Source of the DNA: Raja brachyura
Taxonomy: Eukaryota
NCBI GenBank assembly: GCA_963514005.1
Contig: OY740787.1
Span: 69,378,001 to 69,442,000, forward strand
Length of the DNA: 64,000 bases
Reading direction: 5' to 3'
Position 1 is the stretch's first letter. Each line of letters starts with the position of its first letter. The notes under the pieces were generated by a model. That model did no database searches. It saw nothing but the letters and a program-made list of their open reading frames with translations, and had not been told where the DNA came from. Made by a program: the position numbers and the translations under genes. This document shows, piece by piece, positions 38,548-52,700 of the stretch.

Positions 38548-38632
38548 AGATTTTATGTGAAATTTTATAAGCAGACGCAGGATTTTATATACCCTATAAG
38601 ATCTGCTTTAAAGCTGTAAAGATTGTTTACGA
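38548..38632 (+). promoter_or_regulatory. Cluster of Abd-B/Cdx-type sites at the start of the HoxD11 intron
   Basis: TTTTATG, TTTTATA (twice), CTATAA, GTAAA and TTTACG within about 85 nt. Confidence 0.5.
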
Positions 38633-39018
38633 TGGGAAATCAGTTTAGGTGGGCTTTTTGAATATGCAAAATCATGATTACTCGATGTGCAAGTTCCTGT
38701 ATTAATTTCTGTAATGTGACTATTATTTGTGCGATGATATTTTTGTTCTATGTTTCGCGAATCTTTTCGTTCGTGCAAACAAGACCGAGCTTAATTCAGG
38801 ATTCGTTTCTGGTACTTAACTTTCAATATGGGTATAACTATGCAATAAATTAATTAAACGCGCGATTACATATATTCATTGTATATCTCTATGGTGGCCG
38901 TGTGCGACCGTTATGTTTTGCGCCATTTTACATCAAGTTTAAATAGGTACAAGAAAATAAAGATCGCGTCTATTGGTTTAAGATAATTTGTAACTTTTTA
39001 AAAACACTTTTCCATCAG

Positions 39019-39251
39019 CTGCTCTGCGATCCAGAAAGAAAAGATGCCCCTATACCAAATATCAGATCCGGGAACTTGAGCGAGAATTTTTCTTCAATGT
39101 CTACATCAACAAAGAAAAACGCTTGCAGTTGTCGAGGATGTTGAACCTCACCGACCGACAAGTCAAAATATGGTTCCAGAATCGCAGAATGAAGGAAAAG
39201 AAACTTAGCAGAGACCGCCTGCACTTTTTCACTGGTAATCCTTTATTGTGA
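39019..39251 (+). CDS. hoxd11: HoxD11 exon 2 (homeobox; missing from the supplied ORF track)
   Basis: Acceptor tccatcag|. Encodes [76 protein letters not shown]. Confidence 0.97.
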
Positions 39252-40569
39252 CTATGATACAGCATACCCCGATGGATTCCCTTTGGCCGACTCTTCATTG
39301 CCTTAGTCAATATTTATTTACACAAGGAGGGACTGCAAGTTTGATGGAAACGGTTTTGCTGTTCTTGTATGGAAACCAATTTAAACGATTAACATAGAAT
39401 TGAATTTGAGATGACGCGATGGTGCAGATAACATGGACGTAATGTTGATTAGGAAACATTCTTACCTCAGCATAGATGTTATTCCGTTCGAAAGGAAGAC
39501 GTTTGATTCTGCTGCATATTCAGGGACAATAAACGGTTTTCATTTTAAACAGCAAACTGGGGTAAGGGAGGGCTAAAATTAAATATTGTTAGTTCACAGC
39601 GATGGGTCAATCACATAAGACAATGTGCTCGATTTCTTCTTTTGGTCGATGTTAGCCAAACTAACCAGAATTGTTTAAGTTGTGTATTCCGGTGAAAAGA
39701 AGAAATGCATATTTATTACTCTACCCTTTCAGTCTATGTCATGACATAATTGTAATATACTGTAGCTAGGGACGTTTAAAGCAGATGTGATGTTAATAAT
39801 AATGTTTCCGGGTTACCCACTAGTTGACATTTCACGGTAAACGCATGTGATAGGATGTCTTTCCTTTCCAAATAAACATTCAATATGTTAGTATTGAAAT
39901 TTCAATATGTTATTCCAAATATTCAAATAAAACATCTTTTTACGATAAAACGACCATTTGCGTCTTTATAAGAACATTCCGTGCAAATGGTTCCAAAGAC
40001 CACCGTCAAATAACATAACTATTATTAAATTCTGCAATATAACAAAAAGCAAACATTATAGTTTATTGGATTAATTACAAAATAGTGGAAACCGGAAATA
40101 TAATCCGTATTGCCTAATCTCTTGACTATTTTCGGCATATATGGATCCGAGGTTCTTATGTTTCACGTCTCTGTGAGCAGCCATTTAGCATACAGCCTTG
40201 ATACAAAAATGGAAACACAATGAGCCCTATTTTAGATGTAAAGCTATATGTAAAACTGAAGTTTTGCTTTTTAAGCATAATAGAAAGTTGTAATTTGTTT
40301 TTATAAATATTTGATTTAATATCATTACCAGTCATTACCTGGAAATCAATTGATGGGTCTATTTCGATTACTTGTGAAGACAAAAGACAAATAGCAACAT
40401 ATGTGAACAATTAGCTGAATTTCAGCTGAAGGGAGGCACTTAAATGTATACATAAGATCGGACAACTTGTAGCTCACCTCGGAGACTTATTAGAAGAGCG
40501 AGTTAAGCTTCGCAAAACTCTTCGAAAAAGAATTGCCAAATTTCCGTGCCGCATGACATAGCTTTGCTG

Positions 40570-40635
40570 TTTACAAAACCTTGAACTGTCTAGACAACAT
40601 CGTAAAGTTCACTGCTCCAAACAGCTTAATGGCGA
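40570..40635. promoter_or_regulatory. Candidate ortholog of Hoxd11 3' conserved region RVIII
   Basis: AAACCT-TGAACT, CATCGTAAA and TTAATGG, about 1.3 kb 3' of the HoxD11 stop. Assignment is by position and motif content only. Confidence 0.45.
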
Positions 40636-40934
40636 CTTATTGCACCTTCTAGTCACGAAGATGGGCTTCCGCATTCTATTCCAAACAAAAGGATGGAAGG
40701 AAATCAAAGTGAATAGGGCCGACTAGATGATTTTAAAAAGGAAGAAACCACAACATCAATTACATTTATAAAGTTTCACATTTGAAATTTTTTTTTTAAC
40801 AAAAACTGGATCGTGCATAAATTAAGTCAATTGAATCTGTCAAACTTAATGAAGACCAGGATGATGCTCAAAAAGTGGTGTCGTCTCCTGAGCATACTAA
40901 AGCATATTTCGTGAAGAGGATGCTTATAATGTTG

Positions 40935-41005
40935 CCTTTGAACTTCTATAAAGTCAAGGTCATCACCTTTAACCTTTTTAAAGACATAGGCGCCTGGTGG
41001 CTGTT
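40935..41005. promoter_or_regulatory. Candidate ortholog of region RIX (nuclear-receptor element)
   Basis: TGAACT at 40939; AAGTCA-AGGTCA DR0 at 40951-40962; TCACCT-T-TAACCT DR1 at 40963-40975; followed by a partial CTCF-like GGCGCCTGGTGGCTG. Confidence 0.6.
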
Positions 41006-43009
41006 GGGTTGCTCTTGCAGCTTCCCCAGCTCCAAAGTAAAACAGAATCTCCAATGTTTATAATATACTATTGTGTGCGCATGCTTAAGTACTCAACTAG
41101 TAAAAATTAAAAAAACAATACTCTTATTACTAAGCGTTAAGATTATATTCAACAATATTCTTGAATGTTGCCATGAACATCCATTTGCTCCTCGTTGGGC
41201 TTTACACAGTATAGTTTATTCACATGCGAACTGAACTAGTCAAAATATTCATCGTATGTCTGTACACTACACCAATCATCCGCGAGGGTCTTGGTTTCCA
41301 TGGGAATGGGAGAAAATGTAATTTATGACTCAGTGGTTGAAGATTTCCACGTATGTGTGACACCTCCACATATTCCGTGCTCTTATAATGTTTCATTCTT
41401 AACTATGTGAAGGTGACCCGGTGCAATTCTTCCTTCAATGACCTGTAACACATAATATAGTTAGCTTAAGGTTTTAAAAAATGAACGCAGAGCAGCGAAA
41501 ATAATTTTACAGTGATACTCTGAACATTGTCAAAGATGGTTGCTTTTATAAAGAGCCACATGGAGGCGCACTCCAGCCCATGACCACGACCGTACTTGCA
41601 AGCGAAGTCTGTGGCAATGGCTTTCGGAGATGAACATGAAATTAACTGAAATAATGTGAAGCCTTGCAAGCGGTAAAGTTCTGTTGCCATCAGATATCTG
41701 GAGCAGCAGGCCGACGAAGGCAGTTAAGTGAAAGGGAGTTCGTTGTAATGGTAAACTGCGATTTGTTTTTATTGGTTTGGTTTATTAGTCGCTTTGAAGA
41801 AAAAAAATCTTCATGTGCTCGCTGGAATGAGTACAAAATCATATTTATTAAAAAATGTCCCAATTATATTTCTCCAAGGGATACGTTCAATTTTACTTAG
41901 TTTATTTGTTAAAATCGTTGATCAGATGTGTTTGACGTAGAAATGTTGGACTTGCATCCATGGGGCCGAACAAAGCTTTTGTAACGAGCAGTAGAAAAAA
42001 TATAGGTTTGGGAATTATTTATCGAGCAATTTCAAATAAGAATTGTAAATGTATATAGTAAACTATAGGGAACATAATATTCCTAGTTCCATATTCCGAA
42101 TAACGTGAAAATTGCTAAGGCGAACAGATAAATGCTGAACAGTTACGTTCACATCCTGCTGATGTGGCCGGTTGAAATGCCAGCACACACTATTTTAACC
42201 AACGCTTTCTGATTACTGCTTCTCCAAGATCTCTCCTCATATCTTCCCCACTTTCCAGAGTGCTTTATAAAAGTATAAAGCATATAGTGACGAACACCGC
42301 CTAACGTTTCAGCTCATACATTCCACCTCGATAATAAAGAGTGTTAAACCACAATAGTAATTTCCTTAAAAAGAGGAAACAAATTCATGTCATCGTTGCC
42401 TTTGAATTTCTCCTTACTTTTTCAAAAGTGGAAATATTGGAGGAAACATGTACTTTAGCAATGAAAAATGTGCAGCTACCGCTTTATATCCCTGACAATA
42501 GAGACGAACTATATTTGTCAGTGACTTATATCATTCTGATCATATTCTATCAGCTGTTCAAGTGAAATAAAATGTGCACTCCACTGGTCACGTTTAAAAT
42601 GTGAAATGTTCATCTTTCTTTCAAAATGGGAATAGTTTTCAAGAATTATCTCTATTATACACAAATAAATACTCCTTAATCTGGCAATTCAAAAAAAATC
42701 TCCACATAAGCAATGTACTTCATAATAGGCAACCGTTGATCAGGGTAAATTGCAGAAATTACAACTTAATCTCCAATAATATGTTGACATTTATTGGGTG
42801 CATTTGCTTTTCACATCGGCCCATGCTAGCGAGCTTAAGATCACAGTCTGGCCGTGATTCCTTATTTCGCGACAACGGGGAAGTTCATCCTTAGCAGATT
42901 ATCCTCACATCATATCGCACTTTTTAGTCATTTTTTGTGGACATTTTTCGATCTGTCCTCGTAAAAATCACCTTCATTGCAGTTTAAAATGACGAGAAAC
43001 TGTTCTGGG

Positions 43010-43085
43010 AGAGTTTATTGTTTATCTGCCTGTTCATTTTATAAGGCCATAAAAATAGTGCGTGTCTTTTGCTCAGATAAAATCC
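43010..43085. promoter_or_regulatory. Abd-B/Cdx/GATA motif cluster between D11 and D10
   Basis: GTTTATTGTTTATCT, TTTTATAAGGCCATAAAA and CAGATAAAA. Confidence 0.4.
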
Positions 43086-46000
43086 CGCCGAAAATGCATG
43101 GACATGTATTATTTGAACAGAGGGAAGTTAATTCTCTGGTAAGAATAAGGGCTTACTTACATCGCCGATCGTTTAGTGATAGCAAAAATCGCAAAGGTTT
43201 ATTTGATGTGACAAGGAGTGAAGTGGTTTAAATATGAGGAGTTGTGTTAGTAATTTGCAATTTGTAGTCAAGCGTAATGAAAGCGGCAGCCGTGTACACA
43301 ATAAATTGGCTTTCAGACATAATTTAACTGAAAACATTCGATGAAGAAAAATATTTCCGAAGTATCTACAGGTGGTAACATTAAAACAAAGTTTGTCAAA
43401 GAGCAACCGCGGTGGTACTGCCGAACGCTTAACATGCATTTTGGCCGGATGTTTATGGAATATTGTGATAACAAGGAAGGTTTTCGAACAGTCCTTTTCA
43501 GTCTATATCCGAGGAGCTTTAAGCTGAAAGACCAGGTTGAAATTGATGGCATGCTCGTGATGATAATAATTTTCAAAATTGACATAGAAATATGGAGAAC
43601 GTCCGAATATCAGGTTAAAAGTGCAGGATATAAGTGGACGGCGGTTTCTGGGTCATAAGACCACCGCAGTTTAGGCTAATGAGGAAACCAAGTGGGATGA
43701 AAGAAATGATAATACGCTAATTAACTTCATAAGGAAAACAAAATAAATTTTATCCGACGAAATGAGGCAACGATTTTGAAGTGCTTGGTCAACATTTTTG
43801 GAGAAATTAGTCTTTGTATTATTTTGTTAGGAAAATTATTATTATAAGCTATGTGTTGGAGAATGGCGAATCTGTTATATGGCAAATCACTGCAAACGTA
43901 ATAAAGTTGCCTCCATGTTCCTGCTTAACTCTAATATCCATTTAGCTACCAATATATAAAATCCTTTCAGCAAAACACATTCCACATTGGTGCTTTAAAG
44001 TATTACGAGGTTTTAATTAAGCTCCATCATTAGAACTAATTTAAGGAGGATTGTACGTAGGTTTCCCCCCATAAACAGCTTATAACTACGTTATTAAACA
44101 TGGAAGTATCGTTCGGAGACTAATCACTCACTCTACTATCCAAGTACTACTAACACAACAATTCCTTTGCTGTAACTTGGCTCGTCTTCCAGTGAGCATA
44201 CCCAGACCATAACAGTGGTTTGATTCTATAATAGTCTCTCCTGCCTACTAGGACACTTTATATTGCAAAGAATACATATCCGTTAATTCCAGTGCATCTG
44301 TAGTCGTTATATTTTATGAGTTTTTTTCGTACAAGGGATTTTAGGATACATTTTTGCAGACACCATTTTACTTAAGTTCATTGAAATTACGAGTTGTCCT
44401 ATGTCATTGAGAACTTTAAAAAAAAGTTAATTTGTGTAGTTGACTTGTAATTTTCAGTGATTGGTACAATGCGATTGTCTGATGCACATAATATCCCATT
44501 ATTATTAGTTTTACTGAACATATTACAATAATTAACATAAATAAGTAATAGCCATGTACACAATTGCTGAAATTGCTTTGTAAATTTAATAAACCCTCTA
44601 CCTAGTCATTTATAACTGATACATATCCACACACATACACCAATATATGATTATGCCTTTCCACAGAATTTTGCGGTCACTAATGCATTTCATTTTAACA
44701 CATTTGGAGCAAGAGTAAATGTTATTCCGATTAGCATAGTATGCCATTTACTGAGCAACGCGGTGCCTTATTGTGGGTGGAAAGGAATGAGGTCCGTGGT
44801 GAAAATGCATTCGAACTATGCCTGGCCTACTTTAAGTTCAAAGGCAACACTTCCATCAAAGACGAGAAGATTTGGACACCACAATTTCTACAGGTAAGTA
44901 ATTTAATATAATGTCGGCCAGAATACGCCAAGTTCTCGGCCTTTCAAGGCAGAGCGAAGCATTTTTTGTCTGGAAAATGTGCAGCATTGGTTTCTAACGT
45001 AGGATTTCTCTTGGTTATATGCTTCTGTATACCCGTAATCACCACCAGGCTGCTTTGGTCAATGTTAATCTAAATAGCGTCGATATTAAAAAATGATATT
45101 GGACTACAGAGAAGTCAGGCGCGTTCTCAACTAACCGTGGCTTATGTACTCAAAACAACCGAGATTCTCTAATTGCATGTAGTAGTTATTTAGGTATCAT
45201 GTTCTCGGTATAGCGTGCTCTCTACATGTGTTTACTGAATGGCATCTGTAACATTTAGAGTCTGTTTCATTTTACTGACACGTATGCTACATTAGAATTT
45301 AGGTTGTGCCAACTTTAAGGTTTGAGGACTACAAATTGATGACGGAGAAAATAACAAATAATATTTAAAAATTGTATTTCCCTTGCATTTTACTATTAAT
45401 CCCCGCATTGGCATCCAGTGTTCTAAGACGACAAGTGAAGGAATATTTACATGTGTACTCCTGCTTTGCCTTCGGTTAGAAGGAAAGGTTTGCACATGAG
45501 CGCTAATAAGTTGCATGAACATTATCAATGACGAATTCACCAAGAATACCGCATGCACCTGGTCTCAACTGGATGCATGACATGCCCCTTCACATAGCCG
45601 TTAAAGACTTGGTCAATTTATTGTGTACGAAAATAAGGATGACCCAACGATCTTCAGGGTTAGTAACACGCTTTTTGGAACTCCTTTGTCAAGACAAATG
45701 TGGTTGCTGACCGAGCTATTTTGGAAATATATATATAAGCTCCCCAGGATCCAGATAATTGTACTTCGCTGCAAATGCTTATTGGATTTAATACCTTGTA
45801 TCAGTGGAATGTGGTATTAAACATCCAAGGGCTACGAAGTGGCCACATTCTGACTTGGAATAAACAACGTTGAACTTAAAATAGTAATGGGAAATAAGGT
45901 CGATTAGTTTACAAAACGTGGTACAAAATATACCAGTTGTCAACTGTAGGGATGCATGTTGTCTAATGAAAATGGTATACATTTGTGCCTGATGTGCATG

Positions 46001-47454
46001 ATCCACGCATGCTTACCTTATTATCAATGTTCACGGCCATTTTTGTATAATTTAAAATGTTTGGCGCAAGACTAAGATTAACCATATTCTGAATCAATTA
46101 CCGAGCGATGTAATTACATTTAAAAAAATAAAAGAAATGGCGCAGCCGTGACAACCTTGACCCTGAATCTGTCCCCTTCACACTTTTTGGTGTGAAGTAG
46201 GAAATATCGTTAGTTTTAATTGGATGTCAAATTGATCCTCCATAGCTGATCCCCATCGAGCTGGTTTTCCCAATAGTAAGCCGTGAATATGTGCTCTTAT
46301 TTGGCATTTTGCCTCGAGAAGCGCAGAGAGGTCAGAAAGCGCTTGCTACGGGTAAGAGCACAAATAGCATAAGCATCCGTCATACTAAATTCAACAAACA
46401 CCGAGCGGTGGACCCTAGGAGGGCGTTCTGGCAGCGTTTCTGTTACCTTACATGATAGTTCGATTTTGAGAGGCTGACACCTTTTCGTCCTATTATGGAA
46501 AATATTTCCACCGATCATCATCGGCGATGGAACAGGGAGAACGTGGTAAGAACTCAACCTTAAGGGAGAGTTTTTAGAATAAAGTAATAAAATCCCAGCG
46601 CCAATAATCTTCATTAAAGGTCATTCTCTGCCCTAACAAATTAATGAGAGGTTTTGCAAACGCGGCGCTTCCTCCCCCACAGTCTTAAATCTTGTATGTC
46701 CGTGTAAATTTTCGCACGCAAAATACCGCATTAAGAAGTGTGTATTGTCACCCCGAGGTGTTTCTGGCTTTTACCCAGCATTGACATTTTGTATAATAGA
46801 AAGCATAGGCGCCCACCGTGGTGAGGGTGTGAAATAGACATTTTTTTTCTCACGAAGATTTGGTTTAACTTGTAACGAAACATTTGCAGATGTGAAACGA
46901 TTATTTAGAGAGCAAGAAATGTACTGATGAATTCTGGAACGGATAAACAGGAGCAAGGAATCTACCGATGAATACCAATGTGGATGGAGATGTTGATTCC
47001 ACGCATCGATTTCACAACACACTTGTTCAATGCCAAAGCACCGAACGGCCGCATTGGTTTTATGTGGGGATAAGGTATCCTGCACACACTGGACACCCTT
47101 TTGGTTTATAAAATTACGATAGGTATCAGCACTCTGCTCTGCATTCGTTTAATTGCGAGGAGGTTTACGGTCGAGTAAGAAATGCCTGCAGTTAGTTTTT
47201 TATCGATCGACGTCTTTGTTGTTAGAATTTCTAGGAAATAAAATGTTGTTGCACTTTTAGCAAACAGAATACAACCAGAATGCTGATTACTTTCCCGTTT
47301 ATGGCAGGGATGAGATTATACAACGTAAACGCTGCATGCGTTGAAGGATTTGAGTGGGGCTCTGTGCGCAGATTAAAGTGAACAAGAGCGGGCGCCGCTT
47401 TGGCATTGGGTTTGTAGGTGTCGCTGTTGTCCACAGTTAAGATCAAATTCAACT

Positions 47455-47627
47455 GCCTGGCGATCATGTGATGTTCGGGGAGGTAGTGCCTCAAGGCCAC
47501 TTTCAAATTCCATTGGCTCAGTAGTCATGTGGCTGTACAGAGGCTTCCACAATTACACAGGGAATGTTTTGTTAGAGATGTCAGCTTACAAAGGACATCC
47601 TCTGCTTTCTTCAAATTGCTCTCCAAA
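47455..47627 (+). promoter_or_regulatory. HoxD10 promoter / conserved 5' leader
   Basis: TCATGTGA, TCAAGGCCA, CATTGG, TCATGTGG and AGAGATGTCAGCTTACAAAGGA (PG10-type leader). Confidence 0.65.
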
Positions 47628-48366
47628 ATGTCCTGTCCCAATAGCTCTCCCGCTACCAACTCGTTTTTAGTAGATTCCCTGATCAGTGCTTGCAGGGGTG
47701 ACAGCTTCTATTCAAACAGCTCCCTGTACACGCCGTCGAGTATGGACATGGGGACTTACGGAATGCAGACCTGTGGACTGTTCCCGACCATGACTAAACG
47801 AGGAGAGATCACCCATCAAAATATGAGCATGAGCGTTCATCCGTATTTATCTCAGGTAGATGGTTGGGCTGATCATTCCAGACCATGTCGAATTGAGCAA
47901 CCTGTTACTCCACAGATGCCCACGTGTTCTTTTCCTACTAGCATAAAGGAAGAAAGCACTTGCTGCATGTATAATTCTGATAAGCGGGCCAAAGTAAACC
48001 CTACCACAATTCCCACCTATTCCAGGCTGGTATCCGAAAGCTGTTCTATTGAGAACCCTGAGATTCCCATCCCGGGATATTTCAGACTCTGCCAGGCTTA
48101 CCCACTAGAGAAAGGTCTGGACTATAATCACAGCGGAGAGCTCAGTTCCAATGTAATGCCGCATTCAAACCCTGGGTTTATCAGTAAACTTCAGGTGTCC
48201 GACCCATCTCCAGCGGAAACGAAAGTAAACGAGAAACCAAACGCACAGGAATCCATAAAGGGGATATATGTGGAAAGTCCAGAGCCAAAGCCGAGTTTAC
48301 TGGAGGCCAATGCAACCGCCAAAGACGGCGAGTCTGGCTCGGAATTGTCGGACAAAGAGGCGGAAG
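47628..48366 (+). CDS. hoxd10: HoxD10 exon 1
   Basis: Encodes [29 protein letters not shown]...[11 protein letters not shown]...[12 protein letters not shown]. Donor GAAG|GTGAGC, phase 1. Confidence 0.96.
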
Positions 48367-49440
48367 GTGAGCGATGGAAAGATTTAATGTGAACATGGCA
48401 GTATTGTGCGCTGATACAAAACCTTACATTGCCATTGTAATGCGGGATCTATGGTGGCGATATATTTGGCAAGTTGTATGTACTTTTGTTCAATTATTTC
48501 CCTTTTAATAAAGACAAAGATCACATTGGATATTAAGGTGAACTGTTGGTAATTTTGCTTAATAACGACCATGCAATTGGCAAAGGCACAATAAAGGCCA
48601 GCACAGATGGTAGATAGGTATTGTACCAACCTTCCAGTACCAAAGACGATCTTTATGAAGAATAAATATTCATATATTAATTCTATAGACGTACTTTGGT
48701 GTCTTGCAGTGTAAGTTACTTGCAACATTTCTGACTTGAAAGGTTTGAAGGGGAAGTATTAACATTGTCAATTGGCTTGAAATACTTTACATTAAATTTA
48801 TAACATATTATTATAGCCTGTGGGGGGGGGGGGGGGGAGTTCAATTCAAATACATTGAAATATTGCTAGCCGTTTATAATCATAAATTGGAATCGAGCCG
48901 CTTTCTAAGAGCCAGCCGTGATACGTTTAACGTGAAGATTTACTTCTGGAATTACCATCAGCATATTTGTACTGTCGGTATTATAGAATCACTACATTTA
49001 GTTATGCATTTGAAAAAAAAAACCGACCTATTGGTGGGGGATAAAACCTGTGATCTGAAAGCAGCAGTTCACAGGTAATAACGTTACCTGCAAACCCATT
49101 GTGTTCGTGTGAGTAGGGTATATTTGGGTAGATTAACAAATCTCTGCTAAATTGTTCAAATTATGAAACAAAGTATTTTGTAGCATTATTTGCCAAACTG
49201 CAAATATATATTTTCAATAACTTTAATGAACCACCTTTCTTTTTCCAATTATAATAATTTGCATCGATTTTTAAAAATTCATTTGCCAATGAGTAACTTA
49301 TTAATTTGTTGGCGTTGCGAATAACTAATGAGGTCGTGATTTTTTTGTATTTAATCCTAAGTGTTGAGCCTTAAATGCACTGCACTGTGTAAGAGGCGTG
49401 TTTACCAGAATCTCATTTTGTTGTTTCTTACTTCTGATAG

Positions 49441-49712
49441 AAGAGACCAAAACTCCGATAAGCAACTGGCTAACAGCAAATAGTGGAAGGAAAAAGAGAT
49501 GTCCTTATACAAAACATCAAACTCTGGAATTAGAGAAAGAATTTTTATTTAATATGTATCTGACTCGTGAGCGCCGTCTAGAGATAAGTAAGTGCGTGAA
49601 TCTGACCGACAGACAAGTGAAGATCTGGTTTCAAAATCGCAGAATGAAGCTGAAGAAAATGAGCAGAGAAAACCGAATTCGAGGACTGACCACTAACCTG
49701 CCCTTCTCATGA
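49441..49712 (+). CDS. hoxd10: HoxD10 exon 2 (homeobox)
   Basis: Acceptor ctgatag|. Encodes [73 protein letters not shown]. Confidence 0.97.
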
Positions 49713-52700
49713 GCGTGAAAAACGGATTCGATAATGTCGTGTCTTACTGGGGGTTGTGGAATAGGGTTTGTTTATCCTCTCTGGGATATTATGGTTAATT
49801 CCGATTTCAGTGTTTTAGCGTTAAGGTTGTCCGAAAGTACAATAGCACGTTTACCTTAGCAAGAATATTTTCATTTAAGAATGTTCTATTGAATATAAGG
49901 CCAATCATTTTACTTTGCTCAGCAGGTCAAGTTTAAGTTGTTAACACGAAACGGTTTTCGTGCAATTTGAGTAACGTTTACCGTTTTTCACTACACTATT
50001 TGAATCACAGTGACACTTAAACCATGGTCCTATAAATACAATATTTAGGCCTGTAGACGAAATTATTTTGGCCATTTTCTAGAGAGTGCGGTGGAGTGGT
50101 AATGCACATTTCGTTTATTTATATGCATGACTGTTGCACGATTTATAAATTTAGGACACATATACATATATATTTAGGATATATTTAGGACATATATATA
50201 TCCTGAATTATATTTCAATACCTTCAACTCTTTTACAAGAAGGGTAGTCTTCACTAATATTCACCAAGTTACTCGTGGGCAAAATGTGATCAAAATGTTT
50301 TAACTACGCCAAATACTGATCTGGTTGAATAAATTAAATGTAATCATGCGATTCTGAAATAAATTCAATCTAATTTCCTAAAATATCATAAAGGAATGCG
50401 CATTTGTGAGTATCTAGTGGCCAACATTATATCCGAGGGTAGTTTCCTCTATTTAAATTAAAGCAAAGATCAGAATTATCCCGAAGAGTGAACGCGGTTT
50501 GAATACGAGCACATAATTTGTAAATTTGCGGATTAATTCATCCAAATAATGTTTATACTTTTCTCCCGAGGCATAAATTAATTTGAATAAATACGGAATT
50601 CATAATATTTATTGGTATAAATCATCTCCCAGAATAGAAATTGGTAAATATCAATGTTTGGGTTATGAAGTACAAAAAAGCCATTTGTCACAGAAATATG
50701 TACATATTGTAATAATAATGTGTTTTATTAACGAAGAAAAAGTTCACGGTTAAGCATTGTTTATTTGAGTTTTACTTTCACGGTATGAAAACCATATTTC
50801 AATGAGTCCTTGGGATAACCAAGACGAGATATTCCGACGGTTTCAATGTAAATGACAATTCCGCTGCTCACGTGTTAATATCCCGTCAGAAATAAAGTGA
50901 GTATATTTGGTGGCAGTCAGGATCAAATGTTATGAAATATTTCGTTCTTCTGACGAGTCGAGGTTGCAACCTGTAAATATTCCCCGCTGCAACTAAAACA
51001 AAAGAATAGTTTTAGTTTTAGTAATACGATTAGACATCTTGATATGTCTAATACTCTAATGCATGGTTTTAAGATGCAAATGCACTGGTGAAATAGAAGT
51101 TCTCACCAGATTTTAAAATAAATCAAACTGTAATTCAAAAATGAACAAAAAGGAACGGTGGGATAAAGGATGAATTCGTTGCATCCCATTTGACAAAAAT
51201 AGGTTGAATCTAAGCAATAAAGGGCTTCAAGAGCAAGTACCATGTATGTTTATAAAGGAGTGAAATTATATTAGGAGTGAAATTCTATTATTTCTAAAAA
51301 AAAAATTATAAAAAAATTTCACTCCTAATGGCCGGCCGCATCGTTAAAAAAAAGGGGAATTTACATTTACTTTTGAAATAGTAAGAATAACTATTCGACA
51401 AATGGTTGATATTACGAACTTTATAACATTGATAAATTAAATAAAATAGCATGGCTGCACGTATTTTATTATACTTCAAACATACCAAGATTCAGAAACG
51501 TTTAAAATTGCAGTGTGCACAAGGACACGTTGTAAGAAATTAAACCAGAACAAACGCACCAATGGGATTAATCGTGTCAAAGGGCAAAATAAAATATTGT
51601 TTTTACATAATGCGAACCAAAACCTGAACATTTGCAATGTTTGTTTTGTATAATATTTATTTCGACATTAATTCTGACTAATGCTAAATAAATTATTTTC
51701 ACCCAGTTTGTTCTTGATAAGGGGGCAAGGAACAAGTCTTTCTAATTTGTTATTAATCACTGTCGTCTATATTCAAATGGGAAAATAAATAAAATAGTGC
51801 TCTTTTGGTAAGTTTAAACTTGCGCATTTAATTAATATTCCTCCATAATAATAAGAATTTCGGTAGTGTTATACGTAGTTGGGTTTTATCGAATCCCGGT
51901 CGGTGCTGAAAGATGATAAAGTATTTAACAAGCCTGCTTCTCTTCTGAATAATACAATATAACACACATACACGATTATTTATCTCTAACATTATTATTC
52001 GAGCACTTACGTGGTACGGCATTGTGTTAACTACGTTAACTCTTTTGTAAATAGTAATTAATAGTAAATATTACTTGGCGAACAACAAAATGGCAGCCAA
52101 CGAAAAAATTATGCTCTTCGATTAAAGTAATTTTATGAATGACAGTAAATTTTACAAACATGAATGTGGTAAACAATGAACCTCATCTAACGTTTATTTT
52201 AAATAACTCTAAAGGCACACAAATGCAATCCTCGCTTCAGGCTCTGCTATCGCTGCATTTCTCCATATCAACATTTTATGTATAATTCTTTAAAGGCACG
52301 CGAGAAAGGTAAAATGTTGCATTTTTAATTTGCAAATGGCACGGGGCAGCAGCGTCGGACGTATTAGTATTCATTCAACGCACCAAACAAGTGACACTTT
52401 GGAAACAAACCATTCAATCAGTTAGCCGCCACAATGTACATATCCATATGTTGTCTCAATTCGGCAAGATGGTTATTTGATAATATTACCTGGCAGCCTC
52501 GAGTAGCAAACTAAAAAACAAAGATGTGTTTTCTAGAATGATCATAAATAGACCAAAGGGTCTCTGTGCAAAAAGTTGCGCAATGTGAAGTAATGTAACT
52601 GAACGGTTTACTCTGGAGAAGATTCTGGTCTTTCGCAATGATCTATTCAACTTTGTATTTTGCTTATACAGAACAAACATTAAGCAATAACGTTTGTGAC

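Noticed and set aside
47529-47627. GTG-initiated in-frame extension of HoxD10 in the ORF track
   Set aside because: Non-ATG start; paralog similarity lies in a different frame (the 47578 uORF).
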